A stretch of 64,000 bases of DNA. Source: an uncultured Nitrososphaerota archaeon. Lineage in GTDB: Archaea > Thermoproteota > Nitrososphaeria > Nitrososphaerales > Gagatemarchaeaceae. Positions within the stretch are counted from its first letter, which is position 1. Each line of letters opens with the position of its first letter. The position numbers were made by a program, and so were the translations under genes. Shown here piece by piece: positions 40,692-51,058 of this stretch. The DNA lies in the NCBI GenBank assembly GCA_963718895.1, contig CAVRAG010000008.1:352001-416000 (forward strand), given 5' to 3'. Below the pieces are notes generated by a model. The model was not told the DNA's origin and made no database searches. It was given only the letters and a program-made list of their open reading frames with translations.

Positions 40692-41744
40692 GTGCCGCTG
40701 ATTTCGCACACCGATCTCAAGGACTTTGTAAAGAGCATCTTCATCGCATCCGGAAGCAAGCCCGAGGAGGCGGAGCTCGTGGCCGAGTATCTCGTAAAGG
40801 CGAACCTCGCTGGCGTTGACTCGCACGGGATAATCAGGATACCCGACTACGTCCAGATGGTCGAGGAGGGCAAGATGCACCCCAACGTGGTGCCCAGGAT
40901 AATCAGGAACAGGGGCGCCATGGCGACGGTCGACGCAGGGTTGGGGTACGGCCAGGTCGCCGCAAAGATGGCGATGGAGCTCGCGATGAAGAAGGCCCGG
41001 GAGTTCGGAATAGGGACGGTGGCCGTCTTCAACTGCAATCACGCAGGTCGCATCGCTGAGTACCCCATCCTGGCCGCCGAGAACGGCATGATAGGGATAC
41101 TGATGGTGAAGGCGTTCGGGCCAATCGTCGCTCCCTGGGGCGGGAAGGCCAGAATACTCTCAACCAGCCCGATGAGCTTCGCCATCCCTGCGAAGACCGA
41201 GCCACCGATCGTCGCGGACTTCGCGACCTCGATGTCGGCCGAAGGCAAGATCAGGGTGAAGAACGCCCGGGGCGAGAAGATTCCGTTCGGCTGGGTCCTG
41301 AACTCGGAGGGCAAGCCCACGGACAACCCCGCCGACCTCTACAACGGCGGCGCGCTTCTGACGTTCGGGGAATCCAAGGGATACGCCCTAAACCTGCTCA
41401 TGGAGTCGGTCGGGGCCGCGCTCTCCGGCGCAGGAATCCTGGACGTCTTCTCTGGCTCGAACGGGGTGTTCGCCCAGGCGATCAACATCGAGTTCTTCAG
41501 CGACGTCGACGAGTTCAAGTCGAACGTGGACCGTATGATCAAGACCATCAGGGCGTCGCCCCCCGCGGATGGGGTGAAGGAGGTCCTCATCCCCGGAGAC
41601 CCCGAGATGAGGGAGACGAAGAAGCGGATGGCAGACGGGATAAGCGTCGAGGACAAGACCTGGGAGCGGGTCGTCGCCGTCGCGAGAAAGTACCAGGTCG
41701 AAGTGCCTCAGACCAAGCCTTCCCCGGGTCAGGGCCCCCACTAG
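40692..41744 (+). CDS. Ldh_2-family (type 2 malate/L-lactate) oxidoreductase
   Basis: GVDSHG, NHAGRI, DFATS, KGYAL and IPGD motifs; GTG start downstream of a TATATA box. Confidence 0.9.
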   Translation: MPLISHTDLKDFVKSIFIASGSKPEEAELVAEYLVKANLAGVDSHGIIRIPDYVQMVEEGKMHPNVVPRIIRNRGAMATVDAGLGYGQVAAKMAMELAMKKAREFGIGTVAVFNCNHAGRIAEYPILAAENGMIGILMVKAFGPIVAPWGGKARILSTSPMSFAIPAKTEPPIVADFATSMSAEGKIRVKNARGEKIPFGWVLNSEGKPTDNPADLYNGGALLTFGESKGYALNLLMESVGAALSGAGILDVFSGSNGVFAQAINIEFFSDVDEFKSNVDRMIKTIRASPPADGVKEVLIPGDPEMRETKKRMADGISVEDKTWERVVAVARKYQVEVPQTKPSPGQGPH

Positions 41745-41759
41745 GGTGAGCCGTCCAGG

Positions 41760-42774
41760 ATGAAGAGAATCCTCATCGCCATGGGCGACATCCCACCACC
41801 CCATCAGGAGGGTCTCGACCTGCTGAGGGCTGAGATGGAGGTCGAAGTCGCGACCCACCTGCTCTCCGAGGACGAGCTGGTGGAGCGGATCAAGGGGTTC
41901 AACGCTATACTCCTGGGTGCACCCCGCCTGACCAGGAGGGTGCTGCTGGCAGCCGACAGGCTCGAGCTGATATCCAGGGGTGGGATCGGGGTCGACAACA
42001 TAGACATCCCCACAGCCACAGAGAAGGGGATTGTGGTGACGAACGTCCTCGACACGCTCTCCAAGACCGTCGCGGAACACGTGTTCATGTTCATCCTCGG
42101 AATAACGAGGGATGTCGCAGTCGCAGACAGGTCTGTGAGGACCGGGAGGTGGAAGGACTTTGCAAAGGTGGGTCACCATGAGATCTTCGGGAAGACCATC
42201 GGCATCGTCGGCCTTGGCGGGATAGGGGCGGCGGTCGCCGATGTGGCGAGGAACGGATTCGAGATGAAGGTGCTGACCCACCAGAACTCGCACCTGAAGC
42301 CTGAGCGAGTGAAGGCGGCCCACGCCACCGTCGTTCCTCTTGACGACCTCCTTCGGCAGTCCGATTACGTCGTCCTCTGCGTGCCGCTCAACAGCGAGAC
42401 CGAGAGGATGATAGGGGAGAGGGAGATCGCGCTCGATGGGACCCGGCAGCTACCTGATAAACGTTGCAAGGGGGAAGGTCGTCGACCAGGGTGCTCTCTA
42501 CGCGGCGCTCGCCGAGAAGAGGATAGCGGGCGCAGCCCTGGATGTGCTGGTCAAACAGCCGCCCGAACCGGGCGACCCAATCCTCGGGCTAGACAACGTC
42601 ATCTTCACGCCCCACGACGCGGCGATCACGATGGAGACGGGAAGGCGCACCTCAATCCTCATCGCGGAGTCAATCCTGGACATCTTTCAAGGGAAGAAGC
42701 CGAAGTACCCCGTGAACCTTCTGAATCCTCAGGTCGCAGAGGTCGCCCTGGGGAAGATGACAGCAGGGAGATAG
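41760..42774 (+). CDS. D-2-hydroxyacid dehydrogenase (frameshift near 42435)
   Basis: GLGGIG in one frame; INVARG and TPH in the next. Confidence 0.88.
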
Positions 42775-42785
42775 GCCGGTGGCGA

Positions 42786-43031
42786 TCAGCCCTCGGTCTC
42801 GATTACGGCAATCACCTGAGCGACGGAGATCGTGTCACCGGGCTGCGCGAGCACCTTCTTCAGGACCCCCGCGGCGGTCGCCTCTACCGGATACTCCACC
42901 TTCTCGGTCTCTATCATTACTAGTGTGTCCCCGACCTCCACCTTGTCCCCCTCCTTCTTGGACCACTCCATGACCTTGCCTTCCGTCATGCTCGGGTCGG
43001 CCTTCGGGAGCAGAATCTGGATCTCTGCCAA
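42786..43031 (-). CDS. Stand-alone lipoyl-carrier domain
   Basis: 81 aa; MTEG..W.KKEGD..IETEKV. Confidence 0.88.
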   Translation of the reverse strand: MAEIQILLPKADPSMTEGKVMEWSKKEGDKVEVGDTLVMIETEKVEYPVEATAAGVLKKVLAQPGDTISVAQVIAVIETEG

Positions 43032-43042
43032 TCTCTCTTCAC

Positions 43043-45053
43043 CTACTTGCCCGAAGCCAAGACGGACCTGACCGCCGTCTCGATCTTCGTGTCGTTCGGG
43101 AAGATGAACTTCTCGAGCGGCGGGCTGTATGGGAATATTGCATCTGGAGTGGCGACCCTGAGAATGGGTGCTTTGAGGAATGAGAACGCCTCCTCTGAGA
43201 TGACAGCCGAGATCTCGGCACCCGCCCCTGCGGTCTTATTCTCCTCGTGTGCCACGACGACCCTGCCGGTCTTCTTGACGGAGTCTAGGATAGTCCGCTT
43301 GTCCAGCGGTGCGAGGGTGCGCACGTCGACGACCTCAACCCCTATCCCCTCCGTCTGGAGCCTCAGGGCCACCTTCAGCGACTCGTGGACCATCTTCCCC
43401 CAGGTGACTATGGTCACGTCCCCTCCCTCGTGCTTTACGTCGGCCTTGCCCAGGGGGATCGTGTAGTCTCTCTCCGGAACCGGTCCCTTAAGCGGGTAGA
43501 GGCTCTTTGTCTCCAGGAAGAGAGCGGGATTGTCGTTCCTGATTGTGGACTTCAGCAGTCCCTTCGCGTCGTATGGGGTGGACGGGATGATCACCTTCAG
43601 CCCCGGGATGTGCATGTACCACGCCTCCAGGGACTGCGAGTGGTGAGCGGCCGACGACCCTTCGGCGCCAGTCGCCGTCCTGATCGTAAGGGGGACCTTG
43701 TACTGGCCTCCGAACATGTAGTGCACCTTGGCGGCCTGGTTGACTATCTGGTCGCTGGCGAGGGTTGTGAAGTCCACGAACTGTATCTCCACGATCGGTC
43801 TCAGACCAGTCATGGCGGCTCCCAGGCCCACACCGACGAGCGTGAGCTCCGAGATGGGGGCGTCCCTGACCCGCTCCCTCCCATAGAGGTCCTGCAGCCC
43901 CTTCCCCACCTGGAACGGGCCGCCCCTCTTGCCCATGTACCCCTGGCCGTAGATTATCGTCGTGGGGTCGCGGGTGAGCTCCTCCCTCATGGCCTCGTTT
44001 ATCGCTTCTCGCATGCTGATGACCCGGTTGCCGAGGTCGCTCTTGGAAGGCTCGGACCAGTCGGCGTCGGGTTTCTCATAGTAGATGTCCTTGAGCGCCT
44101 CGCTCTCGGCCGGGTATGGGCTCTTCTCCGCGAACTCCACGGCGGCGTTCACCTCGGCCTCCAGATTCAGGTCGATCTGCTTCAGCTCCTCCTGCGTCGC
44201 GATGCCCGCGCCCACTATGTGGTCGGCGAGCATCTTGATCGGGTCTCTCTTGAGCCACTCGGACTTCTCCTCCTTGGTCCTGATGTCGGGGTCGCCTATG
44301 TAGTGGCCGCCGAATCGATAGGTCTTCGCCTCGATCAGCGTCGGGCCTCCGCCGTTCCTCGCCCGCGCGACCGCCTCGTTGGCGGCACTATACATCGCCA
44401 GGACGTCCATCCCGTCGACTGCGACCCCGGGGATCGAGTAGCCCGCCGCCCTGCTCGCGACCTCCGTGTTCTTTGAGACGCTTGAGAACGGAGTCCAGGT
44501 CGAGTAGAGGTTGTTCTCGCAAACAAAGATGACGGGGAGGTTCCACGTCGCCGCGAGGTTGACGCTCTCGTGGAACGCCCCGCTCGGCACGGCGCCGTCC
44601 CCGAAGAACGAGACGGCCACCTGGTCGGTATGCCTCACCTGGGAGGATAGACCGGCGCCAGTCGCTATGGGGATCCCCGAGCTCACGATGCCCGTGGCAC
44701 CGAGCAGCCCTTTCGACTTGTCGCCGAAGTGCATGGAGCCGCCCTTCCCGGACGAGATGCCCGTCGCCTTGCCGAAGAGCTCGGCCATGACGCGGTTGGT
44801 CTCAGACCCCTTGGCGAGGACGTGTCCCTCTGCCCGGTGGGTGCTCGTAATCCAGTCGTCGTCGCGGAGGTTCGCGGTCACGCCGACGCCGACTGCCTCC
44901 TCGCCGATGTAGGCGTGTGGGAATGAGGGCTAGCTTTCCGAGTGTGTAGAAGCTGATGACCTTCTCCTCGAATTTCCGGATCCTCATCATCGAGGTGTAC
45001 ATCTTCAGCAGTTTTTCCTTGCTGAGACCGACGGCCTGTTGGCTAAGAGTCAC
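43043..45053 (-). CDS. Fused E1 alpha/beta 2-oxoacid dehydrogenase (frameshift near 44915)
   Basis: GDGA...ENN alpha motif continues in frame into DAPISE and HHSQS beta motifs. Confidence 0.9.
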
Positions 45054-45105
45054 TCCACGGGCATTCCCCTCCCGCTATTTTATGGCATCGACGGACGCGC
45101 TGGAC

Positions 45106-48100
45106 CTAGGACCGATTGCCGTTGGCGGACGAGAGCATCCTCCCGAAGACGAAGGGCAGGACCCCACCGCTCGCATAGTAACCCATCTCGGCCTCGTTGT
45201 CTATCCTGGCCTTGACCTTGAACCTAGTCTCGCCCTTGGGGGACGCGGCGGTGACGTCGAGGATGGCACCTGGAGCGAGGTTCGCCAGCCCCCTGATTGA
45301 GAAGACCTCCTCCCCGCTCAGATTCAGTCCGACCAACCCCTCTCCCGGTGAGAACTCGAGAGGCAGGATGCCCATCGCCACCAAGTTGCTCCTGTGAATC
45401 CTCTCGAAACTCTCGGCCATCACTGCCCTCACTCCCAGGAGCTTGGGTGCCTTGGCCGCCCAGTCTCTGGAACTTCCGGCGCCGTATTGTTTCCCGGCGA
45501 TGATTATCAGTGGCGTCCCGTAGTATCGCACCGAGGCGTCGTAGATCGGCAGGACCTCGCCGGTCGGGAGGAATCTGGTCAGCCCGCCCTCCCTGCCCTC
45601 AGCCAAGAGGTTCCGGAGCCTGGTGTTGGCGAACCCTCCGCGGACCATGACCTCATGGTTCCCCCTCCTGCTGCCGTAGCTGCTGAAGTGGACCATGTCG
45701 ACGCCGTGCTCGACGAGGTATCGTCCAGCCGGGCTCCCGAAGGCTATGGAACCCGCGGGCGATATGTGGTCGGTGGTTATCTTGTCCCCGAAGACCGCCA
45801 GCGCCCTTGCGCCCTCGATGTCGCCGGCCGCGACGACAGAGCCGGTCTGGAACCATGGCGGCTCCCTGACGTAGGTGGAGGAGGGGTCCCACTCGAAGGT
45901 CTCTCCCGCGCCGCCCGGAAGAGCATCCCAGGTGGCGTCACCGGTAAGGGCATCGGCGTATCTGCTCCTATACAGATCGCTTCTGAGCGAGCTCGCGGCA
46001 ACGTCCTTGATCTCTTGGAGGGTCGGCCAGAGGTCCTTAAGGAAGACCGGCTTCCCCTCCGGGTCCACGCCGAGCGGCTCGCTGAAGTCGAAGTCTATCC
46101 TTCCCGCAAGGGCGTAGCCGACGACGAGCATCGGCGACATCAGGAAGGACCCTTTGGCCAGGGGATGGATCCTCCCGTCAAAGTTCCGGTTCCCGCTCAG
46201 GACCGCGACCGCATAGAGGTCGCGCTCCTTGATGGCGCTCTCGACCTCCGGGTCGAGGGGACCGCTGTTGCCGATGCAATTGTGGACCGCTACCGTACCT
46301 GCTATGAATGCATGCAAGTCATCAACGGTTAGGTCATACACGTTTCTCTGCCCCGCTGGACGTCGGTCAACGATCTGAAGCGAGAAGCTTGGTAGACTCA
46401 TCGCTTCCTTCTCTACGCAATATCGTTTGATAGGCTCCATCTCATCCCTGCTCTGGAGTGGGGCAAACCAGTCCCGCACGCCGAGCTCCCTGAATAATGC
46501 CACGGGCGACGAAAAGTCGCAACTGTCACGATGTAATGGCTGGAACTTGCGGTCAGTTGCCTTTGGGAGACGCGAGAAACGGTCGTAACCCTCGAGTAAT
46601 GCATAATGAGGAGATACGATGGGAGGCAAAGACGCCTCTGACTCGTGATTCCCCAACGACACTACTACCAATTGTCGGGCCTGAGAGAATGACAAAGTCG
46701 GTTGCCTTTGATGTAGCTCCTCAAGCCGAGCAGCCATCCAGAGCCGCTGTTTTTGGATACCGTCCACAAGGCGCCAGTACACTGCCGCCGCGCTAGCACG
46801 CATTACTTTGTCAACGCAATATCGGTAGCCCACGTGCTCGATGAAGGATAGACCGTTCGGTAGTTGTAATCGTACTTCGATTCTGGGCATTCCGTCTTGT
46901 GATGCGGCATAAGATGTACTGCTCCTCCTTGTCGGGTATTCATACACGTGTGCACTTTCAGTGCCAACGCCGCATCTTGCCAGTAACAGGATTACTTCGC
47001 GCATGAACCTTCTTGATTGCTCCAGATGCGCAGGGATTGTGCTCTGAGAGAATGCTGGTGGGTCCAGTGTCGAGTCCTCCTCCCGATCTCCCCACTTATG
47101 TAGAGAAGGCCCGTGTCCATCGGCTCCAAAGAGTCCGCCTAAGAACTCCCGCAGCGCTGCTACCGGACAATCCTCCTTGGTTAGGAATTCAGGAAGAGTG
47201 GGAGGCTGTGAAATGCGTCTGCCTACCTGAACGCCACGCAGAGTCACTATGGCACTTGTAAGTGCCATCGGCAGCACGATGGACCACTTCTGTTCGTCGT
47301 AGCGATTTGCAGCCGGTCGAAGCCCTGTGACTAGTTCTATATCGTTCAGTACCGTCTCGCGGTCGATAGATTGGCCGACGCTCATTCTGCCTTGGCCGTA
47401 GACGCTGATCGAGCCGTCACCGAGAAGATGCCCTAGCAGTCTGGCAAACGCAAGCGTTCTGGCTCGATCGAGTTCGGTGTCCATGCTAAAGGTGAAGTCG
47501 CCTGCGTGTAGGGTGTATCCAGATTCGTCATGCGCCGGTGTGTCGTGAGGGCCTTCTAGTCCGACGATTACTCGATCCTTGCCAAGATCGAGTTCGTCAG
47601 CCCTAACCCAGCGCCCATCTGAACAGAGGATTCGGTGGTCCGGTGTGCAGATTAGCGATCGTCCGTCTTGGAGAACAAGTTCAACACAATCCCGCACGCC
47701 ATTCTTCAAGAGCTCTGACTGTCGAACGATTTCCAGCCGGCCCTCGGTGTTCGGCCCAAGAAGCGAAGCACCTCCTGACTTTGGCAGACTTTCAATCGAT
47801 CGCGAAGTGCCATCGGCCAACAAGACTGGCGTTCCTTGAGCAATGCAACTTGTGCAGCCGAAGCCGACGATGTTGAACCCGAGCTTGTCGAGGTAGGTGA
47901 GTAGCCCCGACCCCTCGAGGTAATCCTTCACCACTGTGGAGCCCGGCGCGAGGCTGCACTTCACGTACGGCTTAGGCGAGAGGCCCCTGAGTACCGCTTT
48001 CTTGGCGACGAGGCCGGCGCCGATCATTACGGTAGGGTTCGAGGTGTTGGTGCAACTGGTTATGGCCGCTAGCACCACCGAGCCGTCACCGACCGCGCTG

Positions 48101-49383
48101 GTACCACGGCTCCCGGCGAGCGGACTCACGAGCGTCTGGCCTCCACCAGCGGGACCTGACGAGGATACGGATGTCGAGGGCATCGCATTCCGGCGCTCCT
48201 CGAGGAACTTCCTTGCATAGCGTGGCACCTCCCTAAGGAGGCGCTTCTCTTCGGGGTTTCTCGGACCTGCGATGCAGGGCTCTATCGTCGAGAGGTCCAC
48301 GACGACGACATCCGAGTATCTTGGCTCATGATCCCCGGGCTGCGCGAAGAGGCCCTGGCGTCTGCAATACTCCTCCACAAAACGCACGTAGGCAGGGTCT
48401 CTGCCTGTGTCCCTCAGGTACCCAAGGGTGGTGAAGTCCACGGGCGAGAAGCCCACGGTCGCTCCGTACTCCGGGGACATGTTCCCGAGGGTCGCCCTGT
48501 CAGGGACGGAGAGATGCTGGTAGCCCTCACCGAAGTACTCGACAAATGCGTCCACGACGTTTCTCCCCCGCAAGAGTTCGGTCACCGTGAGCACGACGTC
48601 GGTGGGCGTCGCCCCCTCCGGAAGCTGGCCGACGAGTTTCACGCCGACGACCCGGGGTATCGGCATGTGGTAGGGCTCGCCGAGCATGACCGCCTCTGCC
48701 TCGATCCCTCCCACTCCCCATCCGAGGACGCCCAACCCGTTGACCATGGTGGTGTGCGAATCGGTCCCGACGAGCGTGTCGGGTACCGCGCTGAGTCTGC
48801 CGTCTTTCTCCTTCAGAGCGACCACGGTCGCTAGGAACTCAAGGTTGACTTGGTGGCAGATGCCCTTGCCCGGAGGGAATACGCGGAGGTTCTCGAAGGA
48901 GCCCTGCGCCCACTTAAGGAGCGAGTACCGTTCGGAGTTCCTTTCGTACTCCCTGCTCACGTTGTAGCTGAACGCTACCTCGTCACCCCAGCCGTCGACC
49001 TGGACGGAGTGGTCGATGATCAGGTCCATGGGGACAAGAGAGTTAATCGCGCGCGGATCCCTGCCGTTTCTCTTCACGGCGTCCCTCATGGACGCGAGGT
49101 CCACGACCAGTGGGACGCCCGTGTAGTCTTGGAGCAGGACGCGGTAGGGCATGAAAGGGAGACCGGAGTTGACACTCCTCGGCCACTCGAGCAGCCGGTG
49201 GACGGCGTCGTTTGCCCCTTCGACCTTGCCAGCGTGCCTGAGCGCGTTCTCGACTAGCACCCTAATCGAGTACGGGAGGTCCCCGGTATCCGCGCCCAGC
49301 CTCCCCAATTCGTAGAGGTCTGCCCGGCCAACAGGAGACTCTATCCAACCGGTCACAGAGGCAAAGTCGTTCTTTCCCTGCAC
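45106..49383 (-). CDS. acnA: Aconitate hydratase A precursor containing an intein
   Basis: QDYTG, DHS, DSHT, SCTNTSNP, SGNRNF, TTDHISP and GSSRDWA motifs; 902 aa after intein removal. Confidence 0.95.
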   Translation of the reverse strand: MQGKNDFASVTGWIESPVGRADLYELGRLGADTGDLPYSIRVLVENALRHAGKVEGANDAVHRLLEWPRSVNSGLPFMPYRVLLQDYTGVPLVVDLASMRDAVKRNGRDPRAINSLVPMDLIIDHSVQVDGWGDEVAFSYNVSREYERNSERYSLLKWAQGSFENLRVFPPGKGICHQVNLEFLATVVALKEKDGRLSAVPDTLVGTDSHTTMVNGLGVLGWGVGGIEAEAVMLGEPYHMPIPRVVGVKLVGQLPEGATPTDVVLTVTELLRGRNVVDAFVEYFGEGYQHLSVPDRATLGNMSPEYGATVGFSPVDFTTLGYLRDTGRDPAYVRFVEEYCRRQGLFAQPGDHEPRYSDVVVVDLSTIEPCIAGPRNPEEKRLLREVPRYARKFLEERRNAMPSTSVSSSGPAGGGQTLVSPLAGSRGTSAVGDGSVVLAAITSCTNTSNPTVMIGAGLVAKKAVLRGLSPKPYVKCSLAPGSTVVKDYLEGSGLLTYLDKLGFNIVGFGCTSCIAQGTPVLLADGTSRSIESLPKSGGASLLGPNTEGRLEIVRQSELLKNGVRDCVELVLQDGRSLICTPDHRILCSDGRWVRADELDLGKDRVIVGLEGPHDTPAHDESGYTLHAGDFTFSMDTELDRARTLAFARLLGHLLGDGSISVYGQGRMSVGQSIDRETVLNDIELVTGLRPAANRYDEQKWSIVLPMALTSAIVTLRGVQVGRRISQPPTLPEFLTKEDCPVAALREFLGGLFGADGHGPSLHKWGDREEDSTLDPPAFSQSTIPAHLEQSRRFMREVILLLARCGVGTESAHVYEYPTRRSSTSYAASQDGMPRIEVRLQLPNGLSFIEHVGYRYCVDKVMRASAAAVYWRLVDGIQKQRLWMAARLEELHQRQPTLSFSQARQLVVVSLGNHESEASLPPIVSPHYALLEGYDRFSRLPKATDRKFQPLHRDSCDFSSPVALFRELGVRDWFAPLQSRDEMEPIKRYCVEKEAMSLPSFSLQIVDRRPAGQRNVYDLTVDDLHAFIAGTVAVHNCIGNSGPLDPEVESAIKERDLYAVAVLSGNRNFDGRIHPLAKGSFLMSPMLVVGYALAGRIDFDFSEPLGVDPEGKPVFLKDLWPTLQEIKDVAASSLRSDLYRSRYADALTGDATWDALPGGAGETFEWDPSSTYVREPPWFQTGSVVAAGDIEGARALAVFGDKITTDHISPAGSIAFGSPAGRYLVEHGVDMVHFSSYGSRRGNHEVMVRGGFANTRLRNLLAEGREGGLTRFLPTGEVLPIYDASVRYYGTPLIIIAGKQYGAGSSRDWAAKAPKLLGVRAVMAESFERIHRSNLVAMGILPLEFSPGEGLVGLNLSGEEVFSIRGLANLAPGAILDVTAASPKGETRFKVKARIDNEAEMGYYASGGVLPFVFGRMLSSANGNRS
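46279..47847 (-). mobile_element. Intein (523 aa) with LAGLIDADG homing endonuclease
   Basis: Starts CIAQGTPV; TPDH block B; LLGHLLGDG and FLGGLFGADG; ends VYDLTV...VHN before Cys+1; visibly lower GC than the flanks. Confidence 0.95.
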
Positions 49384-49474
49384 GACTTTTTACGAGCCTC
49401 AGCAGGTATATACAGATTAGTCCCGGTCGGGCGGGCTTCTAATGTTTTTATCCCCTGAGAGGTCGCGGGCGCGC

Positions 49475-49783
49475 ATGCCCGGTGATTGGGAGGTTCGGGG
49501 GATATTCGGCAACGAGTACGCCATGGAGAACGCCGTCGACGAGCTGAAGAAGCTCGAGAAGGTTCCGGACTACAAGGTGCTCGACAGGAGAAACCTTCAG
49601 GTCGTGGTCTCCAAGAGCGACGAGAAGACCAGGACATTGGTCAAGAATGTCATAACGATCGCCCACGGGTTCGTCGAGGCCGACGCCCCGCTCGGACAGT
49701 ACGACGCGAAGAGGACGGAAGCGAAGAGGAAGAAGCTCAGGGAATACGAGGAGAAGAAGAGGAAGGCGGCCCAGGGGCATTGA
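49475..49783 (+). CDS. Hypothetical protein with charged C-terminal tail
   Basis: ATG at 49475 downstream of TTTTTAT; host-like codons. Confidence 0.6.
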   Translation: MPGDWEVRGIFGNEYAMENAVDELKKLEKVPDYKVLDRRNLQVVVSKSDEKTRTLVKNVITIAHGFVEADAPLGQYDAKRTEAKRKKLREYEEKKRKAAQGH

Positions 49784-49884
49784 GGATCTCCTTCTGTCCT
49801 TGAACTCCTCGGGGCAGTGACAATTGGACCACCCGGACCCAGCTGCCCCGCGTATCCCTCTGCCACACCAAAGGAAGGACTTGC

Positions 49885-51033
49885 TCAGGAGACGGCTGCC
49901 GCGAGCGCATGTCTGACATCCTCGCTCAAGTCCTGAGGGTCCTCAATCCCGACTGAGAGACGAATTAGGTCGTCGGTGATGCCCATCCGTTCCCTCTCTT
50001 TCCTAGGAATGGAAGAGTGGGTCATCCTTGCAGGAAGCTCAGCCAGCGACTCGACGCCTCCTAGGCTCTCCGCGAGGACGAAGATCCGGAGCGACTCGAG
50101 AAAGCGGCTTGCAGCCTTGTAGCCCCCTCTGATCCTGAACGAAAGCATGCCCCCGCCCAGCGACATCTGCTTCCGCGCGAGTCGGTAGGTCGGCGACGAC
50201 TCGAGGAACGGGTAGTAGACGCTGGTCGCACGCCCGCTGCTCTCGAGCAGCTCGGCGATGAGCTGGGCGTTCCTAGAGTGCTCCTCCATGCGCAGGTGCA
50301 GCGTCCTGATGCCGCGCAGGGCAAGATAGCAGTCGAACGGGCCCGGGACGGCCCCGATCGCGTTCTGGAGGAACTTCAGCCTCCCGTAGAGCTCCTCGTC
50401 AGAGACAGCCAGGGCTCCTCCAATCATGTCGCTGTGCCCCGAGATGTACTTCGTCGTGCTGTGTAGCGCTATGGTCGCGCCGAGCTTGAGAGGGTTCTGC
50501 AGGTATGGGGAGGCGAAGGTGTTGTCGACGGCGAGGATGAGCCCCGTCTCTTTCGCGAACCTCGCGACGGACCTAATGTCGAGGACTACCATGAGGGGGT
50601 TCGTGGGGGACTCCAGCCAGACCATCTTGGTGCTCGGTCGGACGGCCTTCTCGAGGGAGCCCGGGTCTCGTGCGTCAACCCTGGTGAAGGTCACCCCGAA
50701 GCCGGCAAAGACGGAGTTGAAGATGCGGAACGTCCCCCCGTAGACGTCGTTGCAGATGAGAACGTGATCGCCCTTCTTCAGAAGGGAAGCTACGGTCGTT
50801 ATCGCGCCGAGCCCCGATGAAAAGGCGAGCCCGTGTCTTCCGTGCTCGAGCTCGGCCACTGCCTTCTCGAGCCTCTCTCTGGTCGGGTTTCCGCTCCGAG
50901 AGTACTCGTACCCCCTCGGCTTGCCGACTCCGTCTTGAGCAAAGGTCGACGCGGTGAATATCGGCGGAGCCACTGCGCCTGTCTCCCTGTCCGGCTCGTT
51001 CCCCGAGTGGACGGCCCTAGTCGCGAAGCGCAT
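49885..51033 (-). CDS. Cystathionine gamma-lyase/synthase
   Basis: YSRSGNPT, ESPTNP, DNTF, HSTTKYISGHSD and IRLSVGIE motifs. Confidence 0.93.
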   Translation of the reverse strand: MRFATRAVHSGNEPDRETGAVAPPIFTASTFAQDGVGKPRGYEYSRSGNPTRERLEKAVAELEHGRHGLAFSSGLGAITTVASLLKKGDHVLICNDVYGGTFRIFNSVFAGFGVTFTRVDARDPGSLEKAVRPSTKMVWLESPTNPLMVVLDIRSVARFAKETGLILAVDNTFASPYLQNPLKLGATIALHSTTKYISGHSDMIGGALAVSDEELYGRLKFLQNAIGAVPGPFDCYLALRGIRTLHLRMEEHSRNAQLIAELLESSGRATSVYYPFLESSPTYRLARKQMSLGGGMLSFRIRGGYKAASRFLESLRIFVLAESLGGVESLAELPARMTHSSIPRKERERMGITDDLIRLSVGIEDPQDLSEDVRHALAAAVS

Positions 51034-51058
51034 GCGTCCAGGAACCCTGTAGGGAGCT

